In this document: positions 35,924 through 45,563 of the stretch, piece after piece | Position numbering within the stretch: position 1 is the first letter of the stretch | How the letters are laid out: the number at the start of each line of letters is the position of its first letter | Assembly (NCBI GenBank): GCA_963717515.1 | Contig: OY970338.1 | Coordinates: 1,172,861 to 1,236,860 of the forward strand | From: an uncultured Candidatus Woesearchaeota archaeon | GTDB taxonomy: Archaea > Nanobdellota > Nanobdellia > Woesearchaeales > DSVV01 | Length of the DNA: 64,000 nt | Direction: 5' to 3' | Position numbers and translations under genes: made by a program | The notes under the pieces: model-generated | The model's input: the letters and a program-made list of their open reading frames with translations, nothing else | The model's database searches: none | Told to the model about the DNA's origin: nothing

Positions 35924-37104
35924 TGCTAGAAAACTGCAAGATCATACAGGATGGAAAAGAGACCATCTGCGACATCCTGATAGAGGGTGGAAAAATATCA
36001 AAAGTAGGTCACAATATCTTCCACACAGGAGAGAGGATAGATATAGGCGGCCTTCATGTTCTTCCGGGAATCATCGACCCCCATGTCCATTTCAGGGAAC
36101 CGGGGCTGACCCACAAGGAGGATTTTTTAAGTGGTTCTAAAGCAGCAGCTGCAGGAGGGATCACAACAATTCTTGACATGCCAAACACAGTACCCCCAAC
36201 AACTACTGTAGAGCTTCTGGAAAAGAAAAGAAAGCTGGCAGAAAAGAGTCTGGTGAATTTCGGGTTCCACTTTGGAGCTGCTGCTGATAATATTGACGAG
36301 ATAAAGAAGGCGAAGAACATCGCCTCGACCAAGGTCTTCATGAACCTGTCGACAGGCAGGCTGATGATAAAGGACGACGCTGCGCTCAAGGAAGTGTTCT
36401 CAGCCTCAAAGCTGGTGACAGTGCATGCCGAGGGAGATATGGTGGATAAAGCCATAAGGCTTTCGAAGGAGTGTGGGAACAGGCTATACCTCTGCCATAT
36501 ATCACTGAGGAGCGAGCTTGACAGCATAAGGGCTGCTAAGACAGCTGACATATATGCAGAGGCCACGCCACATCACCTGTTCCTGTCCGAGCAGGACGAC
36601 CGTGACAGCTTCACGAAGATGCTGCCCGGGCTCAAGTCTGTGATGGACAGGGAGGCGCTTTTTGCATCAATAAAGGACGGGCTTATCGACACCATCGGTA
36701 CCGACCACGCACCTCACACGACAGGAGAGAAGCTCGGAAAAGAGTACCCGCATGGTGTTCCCGGGTGCGAGACGATGCTGCCGCTCCTGCTCAATGCTGT
36801 CAATGACGGCGAGCTGAGCCTTGCAAGGGTGCTGGAATTATGCTGCCATAATCCTGCAAAGATATTCAGGATCAAGGACAAAGGTTTCCTGCTGCCAGGT
36901 TTTGATGCCGATCTGGTCGTTGTCGACATGGATCTCGTGAGAGAGGTCAGGGAGGATGAGCTCTTCACAAAATGCGGCTGGAGTCCGTTCGAAGGCTGGG
37001 CATTGAGGGGATGGCCGGTGATGACCATTGTAAATGGAAACATCGTCTTCAGCAACAGTGAGATTGACGAGAAACACAAAGGAAAGGAGGTTGAGTTCGG
37101 ATGA
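35920..37104 (+). CDS. pyrC: Dihydroorotase
   Basis: GIIDPHVHFREPG, VHAE and GTDHAPH, the amidohydrolase metal ligands. Confidence 0.92.
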   Translation: MMLENCKIIQDGKETICDILIEGGKISKVGHNIFHTGERIDIGGLHVLPGIIDPHVHFREPGLTHKEDFLSGSKAAAAGGITTILDMPNTVPPTTTVELLEKKRKLAEKSLVNFGFHFGAAADNIDEIKKAKNIASTKVFMNLSTGRLMIKDDAALKEVFSASKLVTVHAEGDMVDKAIRLSKECGNRLYLCHISLRSELDSIRAAKTADIYAEATPHHLFLSEQDDRDSFTKMLPGLKSVMDREALFASIKDGLIDTIGTDHAPHTTGEKLGKEYPHGVPGCETMLPLLLNAVNDGELSLARVLELCCHNPAKIFRIKDKGFLLPGFDADLVVVDMDLVREVREDELFTKCGWSPFEGWALRGWPVMTIVNGNIVFSNSEIDEKHKGKEVEFG

Positions 37105-37751
37105 AAGAAGAGATTGCAAGGATACTCCTTGAGAAGAATGCGATAACGCTCAATGTAAAGGAACCTTATACATTCGTATCAGGCACTAGGAGCCCTATCT
37201 ATACTGACAACAGGCTGCTTGCGGCGTTTCCAAAAGAGAGAAAGCTCGTCGTGGATTCGTTCATATCTGTTCTGAAGGACATGGATTTCGACATAGTCGC
37301 CGGCACTGCAACAGCAGGCATACAATGGTCTGCGTGGATCGCAGACAGGCTGGATAAGCCCATGTCATACATAAGGGGAGGAAAAAAAGGCCATGGCAAA
37401 GGAAACCGGATCGAGGGTGCGGATGTCAAGGGGAAAAAAGTCATTGTCATAGAGGATCTTGTGAGCACAGGCGGAAGCAGCCTGGCAGCTGTCGAGGCAT
37501 GCAGGGAGGCCGGAGCTGATGTGATTGCGATGGTCGCGATATTCACGTATGAATATGAGAGCGCCTGCAAAAGATTTAATGAGGAAGGGTGCAATGTGAC
37601 ATTTCTCACGGATTTCTCAACGCTTGTCAAGGTCGGGGCTGAAAAAGGCTATATCCAAAAAGACCAGCTGGAGCTTGTGCTTGAATGGAACAAGGACCCA
37701 CAGGGTTGGGGGCCGAAGAACGGTTTTGCCCTGGGCGATAAGAGGAAATAG
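37101..37751 (+). CDS. pyrE: Orotate phosphoribosyltransferase
   Basis: PRPP loop VIVIEDLVSTGGS and the N-terminal FVSGTRSPIYTDNR. Confidence 0.92.
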   Translation: MKEEIARILLEKNAITLNVKEPYTFVSGTRSPIYTDNRLLAAFPKERKLVVDSFISVLKDMDFDIVAGTATAGIQWSAWIADRLDKPMSYIRGGKKGHGKGNRIEGADVKGKKVIVIEDLVSTGGSSLAAVEACREAGADVIAMVAIFTYEYESACKRFNEEGCNVTFLTDFSTLVKVGAEKGYIQKDQLELVLEWNKDPQGWGPKNGFALGDKRK

Positions 37752-37752
37752 T

Positions 37753-38313
37753 ATGAAGATAGCGGTATTCGGCTCAGCCATGAGTGCAACAAGCGAAAAT
37801 GAGAAGCTGGCAGGAAAGATCGGCGAAGCGATTGCTAAAAATGATGGGATTGTCCTGACCGGAGGATGCGGCGGCCTGCCTCATGCAGCTGCAAAAGCAG
37901 CTCATCACATAGGAACAAAGACTGTCGGATATTCTCCTGCAAGGGATTTAAAAGAGCATGAAGAGTTCGGCATGCCCCTCGACGGATATTCTGAATTCAA
38001 ATTCATCCCGTCTGATTTCAAATTTGCCGGCAACAAGCTGGTCTCATTCAAATACAGGAACGTGCTCACATGCACAGAATGCGACGCCGGGATAATAATC
38101 GGCGGAAGGATAGGCACGCTCAATGAGTTCACTAACCTCTATGACATGGGGAAGGTGATAGGAGTGCTTGAGGGCACAGGAGGGACAGCGGACCTAATCA
38201 GGCAGATAGTCGGGAAAGTGAACAAGAGTTCAGAGTCAGTGCTGTTCTATGAATCAGATCCTGAAAAACTGGTAAAGAAAGTCATTGAACATCTTGAGGC
38301 TGGAATCCCATGA
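37753..38313 (+). CDS. LOG/TIGR00725-like Rossmann protein (putative nucleotide 5'-monophosphate nucleosidase), embedded in the pyr operon
   Basis: MKIAVFGSA, LTGGCGGLPHAAAKAA and IIIGGRIGTLNEF, which parallel the LOG motifs GGGxGxM and PGGxGTxxE. The start lies 2 nt after the pyrE stop and the stop overlaps the pyrF start (ATGA). Confidence 0.6.
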   Translation: MKIAVFGSAMSATSENEKLAGKIGEAIAKNDGIVLTGGCGGLPHAAAKAAHHIGTKTVGYSPARDLKEHEEFGMPLDGYSEFKFIPSDFKFAGNKLVSFKYRNVLTCTECDAGIIIGGRIGTLNEFTNLYDMGKVIGVLEGTGGTADLIRQIVGKVNKSSESVLFYESDPEKLVKKVIEHLEAGIP

Positions 38314-39056
38314 AATACAGATTGACAGAAAAAGAGAGAAGAGCAAAGGAATACGTCTGTCTGGCGCTCGACATCAGCGACAGGGACGAAGTCCTCAAGG
38401 CAGTCGACGAACTATGGGACCTGGTAGGTTATTTCAAGATACATTCTGCATTCACAAGCCATGGTCCGGAGCTTGTTAAGGAGATAATTAAAAAAGGTGG
38501 CAGGGTCTTCCTTGACCTGAAGTTCCATGACATACCAAACACTGTTGCAAACTATGCTGAAGCAGTCACCCGGCTTGGCGTAAGCTACTTCAACCTGCAC
38601 GTTGCAGGCGGCACAGAGATGCTTAAGGCTGCAAGGCAGCGGGCTGTTGAGACTGCAGAGAAGCTTGGTGTTCAGAGGCCGAAGCTCATTGGCATGACTG
38701 TCCTTACAAGCATCAACAAAGAGATAATGAACAATGAGATAGGCATCCCTGGCGAGGTCAAGGACCGGGTTCTCAAATGGGCGCTTCTTGCAAAGGATGC
38801 AGGGCTTGACGGAATCGTCTGTTCTGCAGCTGACCTGGATGTTGTCAAGGACAAGCTGCCAGGGGATTTCTTCTACATAACGCCTGGGATTCGGCCAGTG
38901 GGAGTAAGCCATGATGACCAGAAGAGGGTGTTCACGCCCTCGAATGCAGTCAGGGCGGGGTCTTCATTGCTTGTCATCGGAAGGGCAATATACAGGGCAG
39001 ACGACAGGAGGAAGGCAGCGTATGAGATTCTGAAAGACATAGCTTCTGTCCTGTGA
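38310..39056 (+). CDS. pyrF: Orotidine 5'-phosphate decarboxylase
   Basis: LDLKFHDIPNT, the LHVAGG context, and PGIR. Confidence 0.92.
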   Translation: MKYRLTEKERRAKEYVCLALDISDRDEVLKAVDELWDLVGYFKIHSAFTSHGPELVKEIIKKGGRVFLDLKFHDIPNTVANYAEAVTRLGVSYFNLHVAGGTEMLKAARQRAVETAEKLGVQRPKLIGMTVLTSINKEIMNNEIGIPGEVKDRVLKWALLAKDAGLDGIVCSAADLDVVKDKLPGDFFYITPGIRPVGVSHDDQKRVFTPSNAVRAGSSLLVIGRAIYRADDRRKAAYEILKDIASVL

Positions 39057-39080
39057 AAAACTGTCAAGAAATGGAAGTGC

Positions 39081-39635
39081 TTATTCAAATTTGATGTTTT
39101 CAAAAATCCTGATTATTTTCTCATCAAGATCTACATTTGGATGATACCCTGTTCCAAGTTCAAGAAACATACCATTATAATTCGGAACAATCGGAAGACA
39201 CCTTGAATGATACGAATTATTTACGAGACACGCAAGCTCAATAGATCCGTCCCTGCCAAAATCTTTCAGCATCTCCATTGCTGCCCTAGCAGTCCTGCCT
39301 GTAGTGAATACATCCTGGACAAGGAGAATCCTCTTTCCATCCACAGGCTCTGGTATGTAGGAAGTTCCGGGAACCTGTCTCCTCTGGTATCGTAATATGT
39401 CGCAGTGATACAAGGTTGGGTCCAATTGGCCTGTGGGTAACTGGCGTTCGATCTTTTTTTCAAGCTCTTTTGAGACAAAATCTGAAAGGTTCACAGACCC
39501 ATCATAGACTATTCCGAATATCATATATCCCTCAGAATTGTTTCTGATCATTTCTCCTGCAATGTCATCAATCCAGCCCGGAACAACTTCATTGAAATCA
39601 ATAATGTCTTTTTCACTATTTTTGACATTCATCAT
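39081..39635 (-). CDS. PyrR-like phosphoribosyltransferase (pyr regulatory protein / uracil PRTase family)
   Basis: It can be aligned by eye along the full length with Bacillus PyrR as I remember it: IAGEMIRNN.., CDILRYQRRQ (vs DITLYRDD), and ILLVQDVFTTGRTARAAMEMLKDFGRDGSIELACLVNN...LPIVPNY (vs [40 protein letters not shown]). Confidence 0.6.
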   Translation of the reverse strand: MMNVKNSEKDIIDFNEVVPGWIDDIAGEMIRNNSEGYMIFGIVYDGSVNLSDFVSKELEKKIERQLPTGQLDPTLYHCDILRYQRRQVPGTSYIPEPVDGKRILLVQDVFTTGRTARAAMEMLKDFGRDGSIELACLVNNSYHSRCLPIVPNYNGMFLELGTGYHPNVDLDEKIIRIFENIKFE

Positions 39636-39757
39636 ACTACTTCGCAGTAATCAACATCAATATATATGTTTTTCTTTTTATCCGTATGGATTTGTTGTAG
39701 CCTATCTCGGTGTTTCCATAAAATTTAAATATTAATCCTCCTGAAGTAGTATATCTG

Positions 39758-39940
39758 ATGGGAAAAAAGTGCATCATCTGCGATGAGGAGGCAAAATTCC
39801 ATATCAAGGACTCCAGCGAATACTACTGTGAGGACTGCGCCAAAGAGCATTTCAGTGACATTTCTGTCCTTGTGAGCGTCGAAGAGCAGGCAAGGAAGAT
39901 TAAGCAGATGATTGAGGAGAAGACTCAGGACGAGGAATGA
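39758..39940 (+). CDS. Small zinc-ribbon protein (60 aa)
   Basis: CIIC...17 aa...CEDC. TATA-like aaaatttaaatatt (39720-39733) lies ~31 nt upstream of the ATG. The C-terminus is acidic. Confidence 0.55.
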   Translation: MGKKCIICDEEAKFHIKDSSEYYCEDCAKEHFSDISVLVSVEEQARKIKQMIEEKTQDEE

Positions 39941-39980
39941 GAAACCTTTATATATTCCTTTTTTTCGCCAATATTCTACA

Positions 39981-41999
39981 ATGGACTTATTCATGACAAC
40001 GGGCGGGGACGTACTATTGTACTTTGTCTATGCGACAATATTGATTGCGATTGTGTTTATTTTTGTTTTCAACAGGAGGATGATGAAAGAGTCAGCCGGG
40101 ACCGATAAGATGAAGCATATTTCCGGCCTGATCCAGACGTGCGCGATGCAGTTTCTGCGCACCGAATACATATATATTGGTGTATATGTTGTGGTTGTTG
40201 CCATAGCCCTTACATTCCTATTGAGCTGGATAAGCTCTGTGTCGTTCCTTATCGGAAGCATAAGCTCAGCCCTTGCAGGATACTTCGGAATGAACCGGGC
40301 TGTCAGGGCGAACGCAAGGACAACGAATGCTGCACAGCGCGGGCTCAACCAGGCAATGAAAGTCAGTTTCTCGGGCGGTGCCGCAGTTGGCATCTTTCTT
40401 GTGACTATCGGACTGTTCGGCCTGCTCCTGATATCCACTGTGTTCCACAATAACCTCAGCGCTCTCATTGGGTATTCATTCGGAGTCGCATCCATCGCGC
40501 TCTTTGCCCGTGTCGGCGGAGGCATATTCACAAAAGCTGCTGATGTAGGAGCTGACCTTGTCGGCAAGCTCGAGGCAGGCATCCCTGAGGACGATCCGAG
40601 GAACCCGGCAGTGATTGCAGACAATGTCGGAGACAATGTGGGCGACACAGCAGGCATGGGTGCAGACCTATTCGACTCTCTGATTGTCAATACAGTTGCA
40701 GCAATGGCAATAGGGCTGTTTTTGACAGCAGCAGACAAGCTTAAGATAGCCGCGCTCTCTGAGAGTGTACCATATTATTTTCCGTTCTTTGTCATAAGTG
40801 CAGGGATCCTGGCAGCTGTTGTCGGATCTTTCTTCTGCAAGACAAGGTCTGACAACCCGGCAAATGCACTGACTAATGCGTTCCTTGTAACATGCGTGGT
40901 CATGATTGGGCTTGTTGCCCTTATCAACAGGCAGTTCTTCGGCAACTGGAACATATTCTGGACAGTGATAATAGGGATCGTAGCCGGGACCTTACTCGGA
41001 AAGATAACAGAGTATTACACGAGTTATGATTACAAGCACGTGAAGGGGATTGCAGAGAGCTCCAAAATAGGTGCTGCGACAAACATCATCCACGGCCTCT
41101 CTGTCGGGATGAGGTCAACCTTCGGAACGATTGCTGTGCTAATGTTAGCGATATATTCTTCATTCGTCCTTGCAGGAGTCTACGGCGTCGCCATGGCAGG
41201 AGTAGGTATGCTTTCGCTTGCAGCAATAATCATGGCAATCGACGTATATGGTCCGATTGTCGACAATGCAGGAGGCATCGCAGAGATGAGCGGCCTTGAC
41301 AAGAAAATAAGGGAAAGGACGGATAAGCTAGATGCTGCAGGGAACACGACTGCTGCGATAGGCAAGGGATTTGCAATCGGGAGTGCTGCGCTTGCAGCGC
41401 TTGCGCTGCTCAAGCTGTTTTCGCATGATGCCGGGCTGACTGACATGGGCATAAATATCCTTGACACAAAAGTGCTCATCGGACTATTCATCGGAGCTCT
41501 TGTGCCTTACGTTTTCTCGTCATATGTCCTGCTTGCTGTCGGCAATGCTGCAGTGAAGATTGCTGAAGAAGTAAGGAGGCAGTTCAAGACAATCAAGGGG
41601 ATAATGCAGGGAAAGACAGAGCCTGAGTATGACAAGTGCATCGTTATTGCGACGAAATCAGCATTGAAAGAGATGATAATTCCAGGCCTTCTTGTGATCT
41701 GCACGCCGATCATCGTCGGTGTCGTGCTCGGGGCGCAGGCCCTGGGCGGCGAGCTTGCAGGCACCCTTGTGTCAGGCATCCTAATGGGGATCCAGCAGTC
41801 CAACACAGGGGGGGCATGGGATAATGCAAAGAAGTATGTCGAGAAAGGCAACCTGGGCGGAAAAGGAAGCCCGACACATCATGCGACAGTGGTCGGTGAT
41901 ACAGTAGGCGACCCTTTCAAGGATTCATCCGGTCCGAGCCTGAACATACTTATCAAGCTCACGATACTTGTTGCGACTGTGTTTGTCGTCTTCTTTTGA
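39981..41999 (+). CDS. hppA: Membrane-bound cation-translocating pyrophosphatase, K+-dependent type
   Basis: [44 protein letters not shown] (Ala, not Lys, at the K+-dependence position) and DTVGDPFKD. The ATG at 39981 is ~30 nt downstream of the TATA-like cctttatatatt. Confidence 0.93.
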   Translation: MDLFMTTGGDVLLYFVYATILIAIVFIFVFNRRMMKESAGTDKMKHISGLIQTCAMQFLRTEYIYIGVYVVVVAIALTFLLSWISSVSFLIGSISSALAGYFGMNRAVRANARTTNAAQRGLNQAMKVSFSGGAAVGIFLVTIGLFGLLLISTVFHNNLSALIGYSFGVASIALFARVGGGIFTKAADVGADLVGKLEAGIPEDDPRNPAVIADNVGDNVGDTAGMGADLFDSLIVNTVAAMAIGLFLTAADKLKIAALSESVPYYFPFFVISAGILAAVVGSFFCKTRSDNPANALTNAFLVTCVVMIGLVALINRQFFGNWNIFWTVIIGIVAGTLLGKITEYYTSYDYKHVKGIAESSKIGAATNIIHGLSVGMRSTFGTIAVLMLAIYSSFVLAGVYGVAMAGVGMLSLAAIIMAIDVYGPIVDNAGGIAEMSGLDKKIRERTDKLDAAGNTTAAIGKGFAIGSAALAALALLKLFSHDAGLTDMGINILDTKVLIGLFIGALVPYVFSSYVLLAVGNAAVKIAEEVRRQFKTIKGIMQGKTEPEYDKCIVIATKSALKEMIIPGLLVICTPIIVGVVLGAQALGGELAGTLVSGILMGIQQSNTGGAWDNAKKYVEKGNLGGKGSPTHHATVVGDTVGDPFKDSSGPSLNILIKLTILVATVFVVFF

Positions 42000-42618
42000 T
42001 TTTATTTTTCCCTTTTTTCAATAGTTGATTTATCTTCGATTCAAATCCATCAAAATCCCTGTACACATGGGCATCGATGCCTGCCTTTCTTGCTGAATCG
42101 ACATGTTCCTGCATGTCGTCAAAGAACATTATGTCTCCCGGCTCCAGGCCGTATTCTTCCTTGAGCATCTTCAGGACATGCTCGAAAAATTCCTTATCCG
42201 GCTTCTTGTGGCCGATCTCGGCAGAAGTGAACACATGGTCGAAAAGCTCTTCAAAACCCATGTCCTTCCTCATGTAGCCTGCCCTGTACTTCTCCTGGTT
42301 CGTGGCAAGGCAGCAAAGAAAACCTTTATTTCTCAATCTCCTGATTGCGCTCTTCATTCTGCTGTCAACATCATTGCAGGCTCTGAGCCAGAAATCCAGG
42401 AATTCCTCTGCAGTGCCTTTCCATTTCCACTTGGACAGCAAAGGCCTGACAAGTTCCTTGAGGTCGCCCTTCCCAACAAGGCAGTCCCTGAACTCCTTGT
42501 CGAAGAAAGGGAGCATGTCATCTTCTGATACCCCAAACTTATCTCTATATATGGTGCTGAATCTCTCGGAGTCCACCAAGACCCCGTCCGCATCGAACAA
42601 TACGCATTTCACTGCCAT
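41959..42618 (-). CDS. HAD-superfamily hydrolase
   Basis: Motif [13 protein letters not shown], motif II LATNQ, motif III K (HKKPD) and motif [11 protein letters not shown]. Its 3' end overlaps the convergent hppA by 41 nt. Confidence 0.8.
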   Translation of the reverse strand: MAVKCVLFDADGVLVDSERFSTIYRDKFGVSEDDMLPFFDKEFRDCLVGKGDLKELVRPLLSKWKWKGTAEEFLDFWLRACNDVDSRMKSAIRRLRNKGFLCCLATNQEKYRAGYMRKDMGFEELFDHVFTSAEIGHKKPDKEFFEHVLKMLKEEYGLEPGDIMFFDDMQEHVDSARKAGIDAHVYRDFDGFESKINQLLKKGKNKIKRRRQTQSQQVS

Positions 42619-42776
42619 ACAAGAAGGAATATCCGGATACTACATAAAACTTGCGGGAAATGGTTTAATCATTGCCTGAGATATCTCGTCCCGCACATGG
42701 ATTGTTATTTAAGGATAGTTTAGATTGTTTATAATATTATTCACTTTTTCCAAGATTGACACAAAATTTTCGCAAC

Positions 42777-43478
42777 TTAACCTTTTGCCATTCTCAAGAT
42801 TGAGATGTAGTCTCCATAATCTGAAACAGATTCAGGCCATACTTTCAGATTATCTATGTTCTTTGAGAATTTTTCAAAAATCAGTACCCTTTTTATGAAT
42901 GATGTCTTATATTCTTTCATTAACACATCATTGTAGAGTATGTCTCTTGTCTCTTTAATTACATCTTCAGACGCACCGTTCTTCTTGGTGGCTATAAGGT
43001 ATTCATAGCCCAACCTTGCTGCGGCGTTCTTCCTTTCAGCATCATTGGTGTATCTATCAATATAGCAGTCAGAGATAAGTACAAACCCATCTTTTTTCAC
43101 CATGGAAGCCATTTTCCTGACAACCTCTTCCTGTTTCTCATATTGGATATGATGAAGAGCGCCTGTGCATGTGACTACATCATAGAGCTTATCAGGCCGC
43201 CATATGAGAACATCTCCTTGTTCAAAAGGAATATGGGGATATCTTTCTCTAGAATGAATGATATACCTCTCATCATTATCTACACCTAGAAGCTCAAGGT
43301 CTTTTCTTTTTTCAGCAATCTTTCCGAGCAGGTATCCCGGCCCGCACATCAGGTCCAGAAGACTGCCGTTTCTTGGAGCACGCTGGGATATGTAATCCAG
43401 CATGACTCTAAGAGATTCCTTGTATGGCATATATTCTAATTCCTGCTCATATATATCTGCTTCTGGCAACCTTTCCAT
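42777..43478 (-). CDS. Class I SAM-dependent methyltransferase
   Basis: LLDLMCGPGYL (motif I), LLGVDND and VVTCTGALHHI. The start was moved to the Met at 43478 because a minus-strand TATA (rc gttaaatttataag) lies ~25-30 nt upstream, and the longer ORF would run through the divergent promoter region. Confidence 0.75.
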   Translation of the reverse strand: MERLPEADIYEQELEYMPYKESLRVMLDYISQRAPRNGSLLDLMCGPGYLLGKIAEKRKDLELLGVDNDERYIIHSRERYPHIPFEQGDVLIWRPDKLYDVVTCTGALHHIQYEKQEEVVRKMASMVKKDGFVLISDCYIDRYTNDAERKNAAARLGYEYLIATKKNGASEDVIKETRDILYNDVLMKEYKTSFIKRVLIFEKFSKNIDNLKVWPESVSDYGDYISILRMAKG

Positions 43479-43593
43479 ACCACTTTGTAGTGATGATATA
43501 CTTATAAATTTAACTGCTCGGGGTTGGAAAATCAGCTTGTTTATGGAATGCTTTAGGTGAATGTTTAAATATCCAATAAGCAGCCCTCCCTGA

Positions 43594-44109
43594 ATGGAGC
43601 TGGCAAACATAAATTTCAAGTATTCGATCAAGACCGGAGGGTTCAGGTATGTCAGATATCTTTTCAGAATACATAATGACCCTGCGCCTGTAAATAAGGT
43701 CATCGAAAATGCGTTGCCCTCGGTTGAGGCTCTGGATGGTCTGCTGGGCAGGGTGTATGAAGACAAACGTATCAAGAGAGGCGAAAGGGAAAAAATTTCC
43801 GGCGAGTATGTGAAATTTGTCGAATATTACACCAACATGATGAGCCTGCTAAAAGGTGAAAAAAAGGTCAATACGGTTCTCCGATTCCAGACAATGGCAG
43901 ACAGGGAAAGCATCGTGGATTATCTGGACATTGCCCTGACCAACATCGACAATGATTCAGGACGGGTCATCCGGCTCTTTGATTCTATCATCAGCCTTGA
44001 CAGGATTGTCATCATGCCCAAAGCGCAGAAACAGGCAGAACTGATAAGGAAATTCAGGGATTCTTACAAGAAAATAAACAGCATATTTGACAACCGCTAT
44101 GAAGTCTGA
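43594..44109 (+). CDS. Hypothetical protein (171 aa)
   Basis: An ORF with TATA-like gtttaaatatcc ~25 nt upstream of the ATG. No recognisable motif. Confidence 0.5.
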   Translation: MELANINFKYSIKTGGFRYVRYLFRIHNDPAPVNKVIENALPSVEALDGLLGRVYEDKRIKRGEREKISGEYVKFVEYYTNMMSLLKGEKKVNTVLRFQTMADRESIVDYLDIALTNIDNDSGRVIRLFDSIISLDRIVIMPKAQKQAELIRKFRDSYKKINSIFDNRYEV

Positions 44110-44225
44110 CCTAACAGGCACTGACAGCCATCATATTTCTATTAAAATTTAACCACTCACAAGTAACAAAAAACCGAAACATTTATATATGAGTACGCCT
44201 ATTTAGCTATTATAGGGGGGTCGGA

Positions 44226-45554
44226 ATGGATAAAACTCTAGATACTGAAGTATTCAAGGAAAGCAGGAGGAATTTCCTGAAAATCGCAGGGATATCTGCA
44301 CTCGGTCTAGCTATGCCCATCAAAGTTATGGCATCTTCCTCTGGTCCGGCTTACCCGAGAATCAACTCAGGCATGACAATCGACCAGTTTGTTGAAAAAT
44401 ATTCAGAAAAAAAGGAAATATCAGAAAAAACCGAGCTTCTCATCAAAAACCATGAAAGCATGCTTATCAAATATTCCAATGAATATCATGTCCCTGCAAA
44501 CCTCCTTTCTGCTGTCATCGCCAATGAGCACGAAAGAGGCGCTGTCGAAAACGTCGCTAACAAGATCCTTGACTTTGCAAACAGGTACACATCAGTAAAC
44601 TCTTCAGCAGGCATAGCACAGATAAGGGCAAGTACAGCTTTGACCCTCATCGACGGGCTTGTCAGGGACAAAGGCAGAGAATACCTTGAGAACATGCTCC
44701 ATAAGGATCTGGGCAGCTTCATCAATAAACTGCACGATTCATCTGACAAAAAAAATCTCTATGAATCTGTCAAGAAGCTCCTGGCAGAATCAGACAAGCT
44801 CTCGATTGAGCTTGCAGCCAGGTTTGTCAGCCATCTCAAAAAAGAGGCAGAGCATGTCCACAGGATAAAGGATGAGAATTTTCTCAGGGACCCCGTTGCA
44901 GTGTCCCTTATATTCAGGGGGTATATGGGTGGGGAAAGGATGATGGATGTGATAGATCCTGCTTCAAGAAAAGAGGATAAAATCCTTCTTGAAGTGAGCA
45001 ATAGGGCTAATGATGCCCTTTCATTGCTTAAGACCGGCTCGAAAATCAACAGGATATTCGGGGATGAGGTGTATGTTGTTAATCCGAAAACCATATTTCG
45101 CAAAGACAAATTGAGCCCAGAATACCAGAAGGTCTCAGAGTCCTTCAAAAGGGCTTACAACATGCCGGGGGGCAGGGCAGTGAACAGGTCAGAAGAGCTT
45201 CTAAATGCATATCATATCGCAAGACAGGCTTCCAGATCAGATGCCAATAAGAAGATAGAATACAGGAAATTGGCTGCATATGCGTTATATAGGGCATCAA
45301 TCGAGCTGATGGGCTCTGGCGCGAAGAATGTGGAGTTCAGAAACCCCGGGACAGTGGAACAGCTCGGCTGCAATATCAAAAATAAAAAAGGTCTCATGAA
45401 CATCAAGGGCCAGCTTCTCCCTTGCCTGCTTAAAGACTATGGGAACATAAGCAGGGGAATCGAAGGAAGAGCAGTTGACGTGCCTTATTTCGGCAGCAAT
45501 ATAGAGCTTCCGGATTATGGGAGATTCAGGGCAAAAGTCCTTAACTGGAAATGA
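44226..45554 (+). CDS. Tat-exported protein with a divergent lytic-transglycosylase (SLT)-like domain
   Basis: A near-consensus twin-arginine signal SRRNFLKIAGISALGLA. The SLT-like stretch is YHVPANLLSAVIANEHERG...SSAGIAQIRASTA (compare ..LL.AI...ES......S.AGA.GLMQ). A TATA at 44180-44190 and a G-rich SD are present. Confidence 0.6.
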   Translation: MDKTLDTEVFKESRRNFLKIAGISALGLAMPIKVMASSSGPAYPRINSGMTIDQFVEKYSEKKEISEKTELLIKNHESMLIKYSNEYHVPANLLSAVIANEHERGAVENVANKILDFANRYTSVNSSAGIAQIRASTALTLIDGLVRDKGREYLENMLHKDLGSFINKLHDSSDKKNLYESVKKLLAESDKLSIELAARFVSHLKKEAEHVHRIKDENFLRDPVAVSLIFRGYMGGERMMDVIDPASRKEDKILLEVSNRANDALSLLKTGSKINRIFGDEVYVVNPKTIFRKDKLSPEYQKVSESFKRAYNMPGGRAVNRSEELLNAYHIARQASRSDANKKIEYRKLAAYALYRASIELMGSGAKNVEFRNPGTVEQLGCNIKNKKGLMNIKGQLLPCLLKDYGNISRGIEGRAVDVPYFGSNIELPDYGRFRAKVLNWK

Positions 45555-45563
45555 AAGGTCAAA

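Noticed and set aside
41959-41999. The 41-nt convergent overlap of the HAD hydrolase 3' end with the hppA 3' end, considered as a possible mis-annotation or pseudogene.
   Set aside because: Both reading frames are intact and all HAD motifs lie upstream of the overlap. The overlapping part encodes only a basic C-terminal tail. Convergent 3' overlaps are common in compact genomes.
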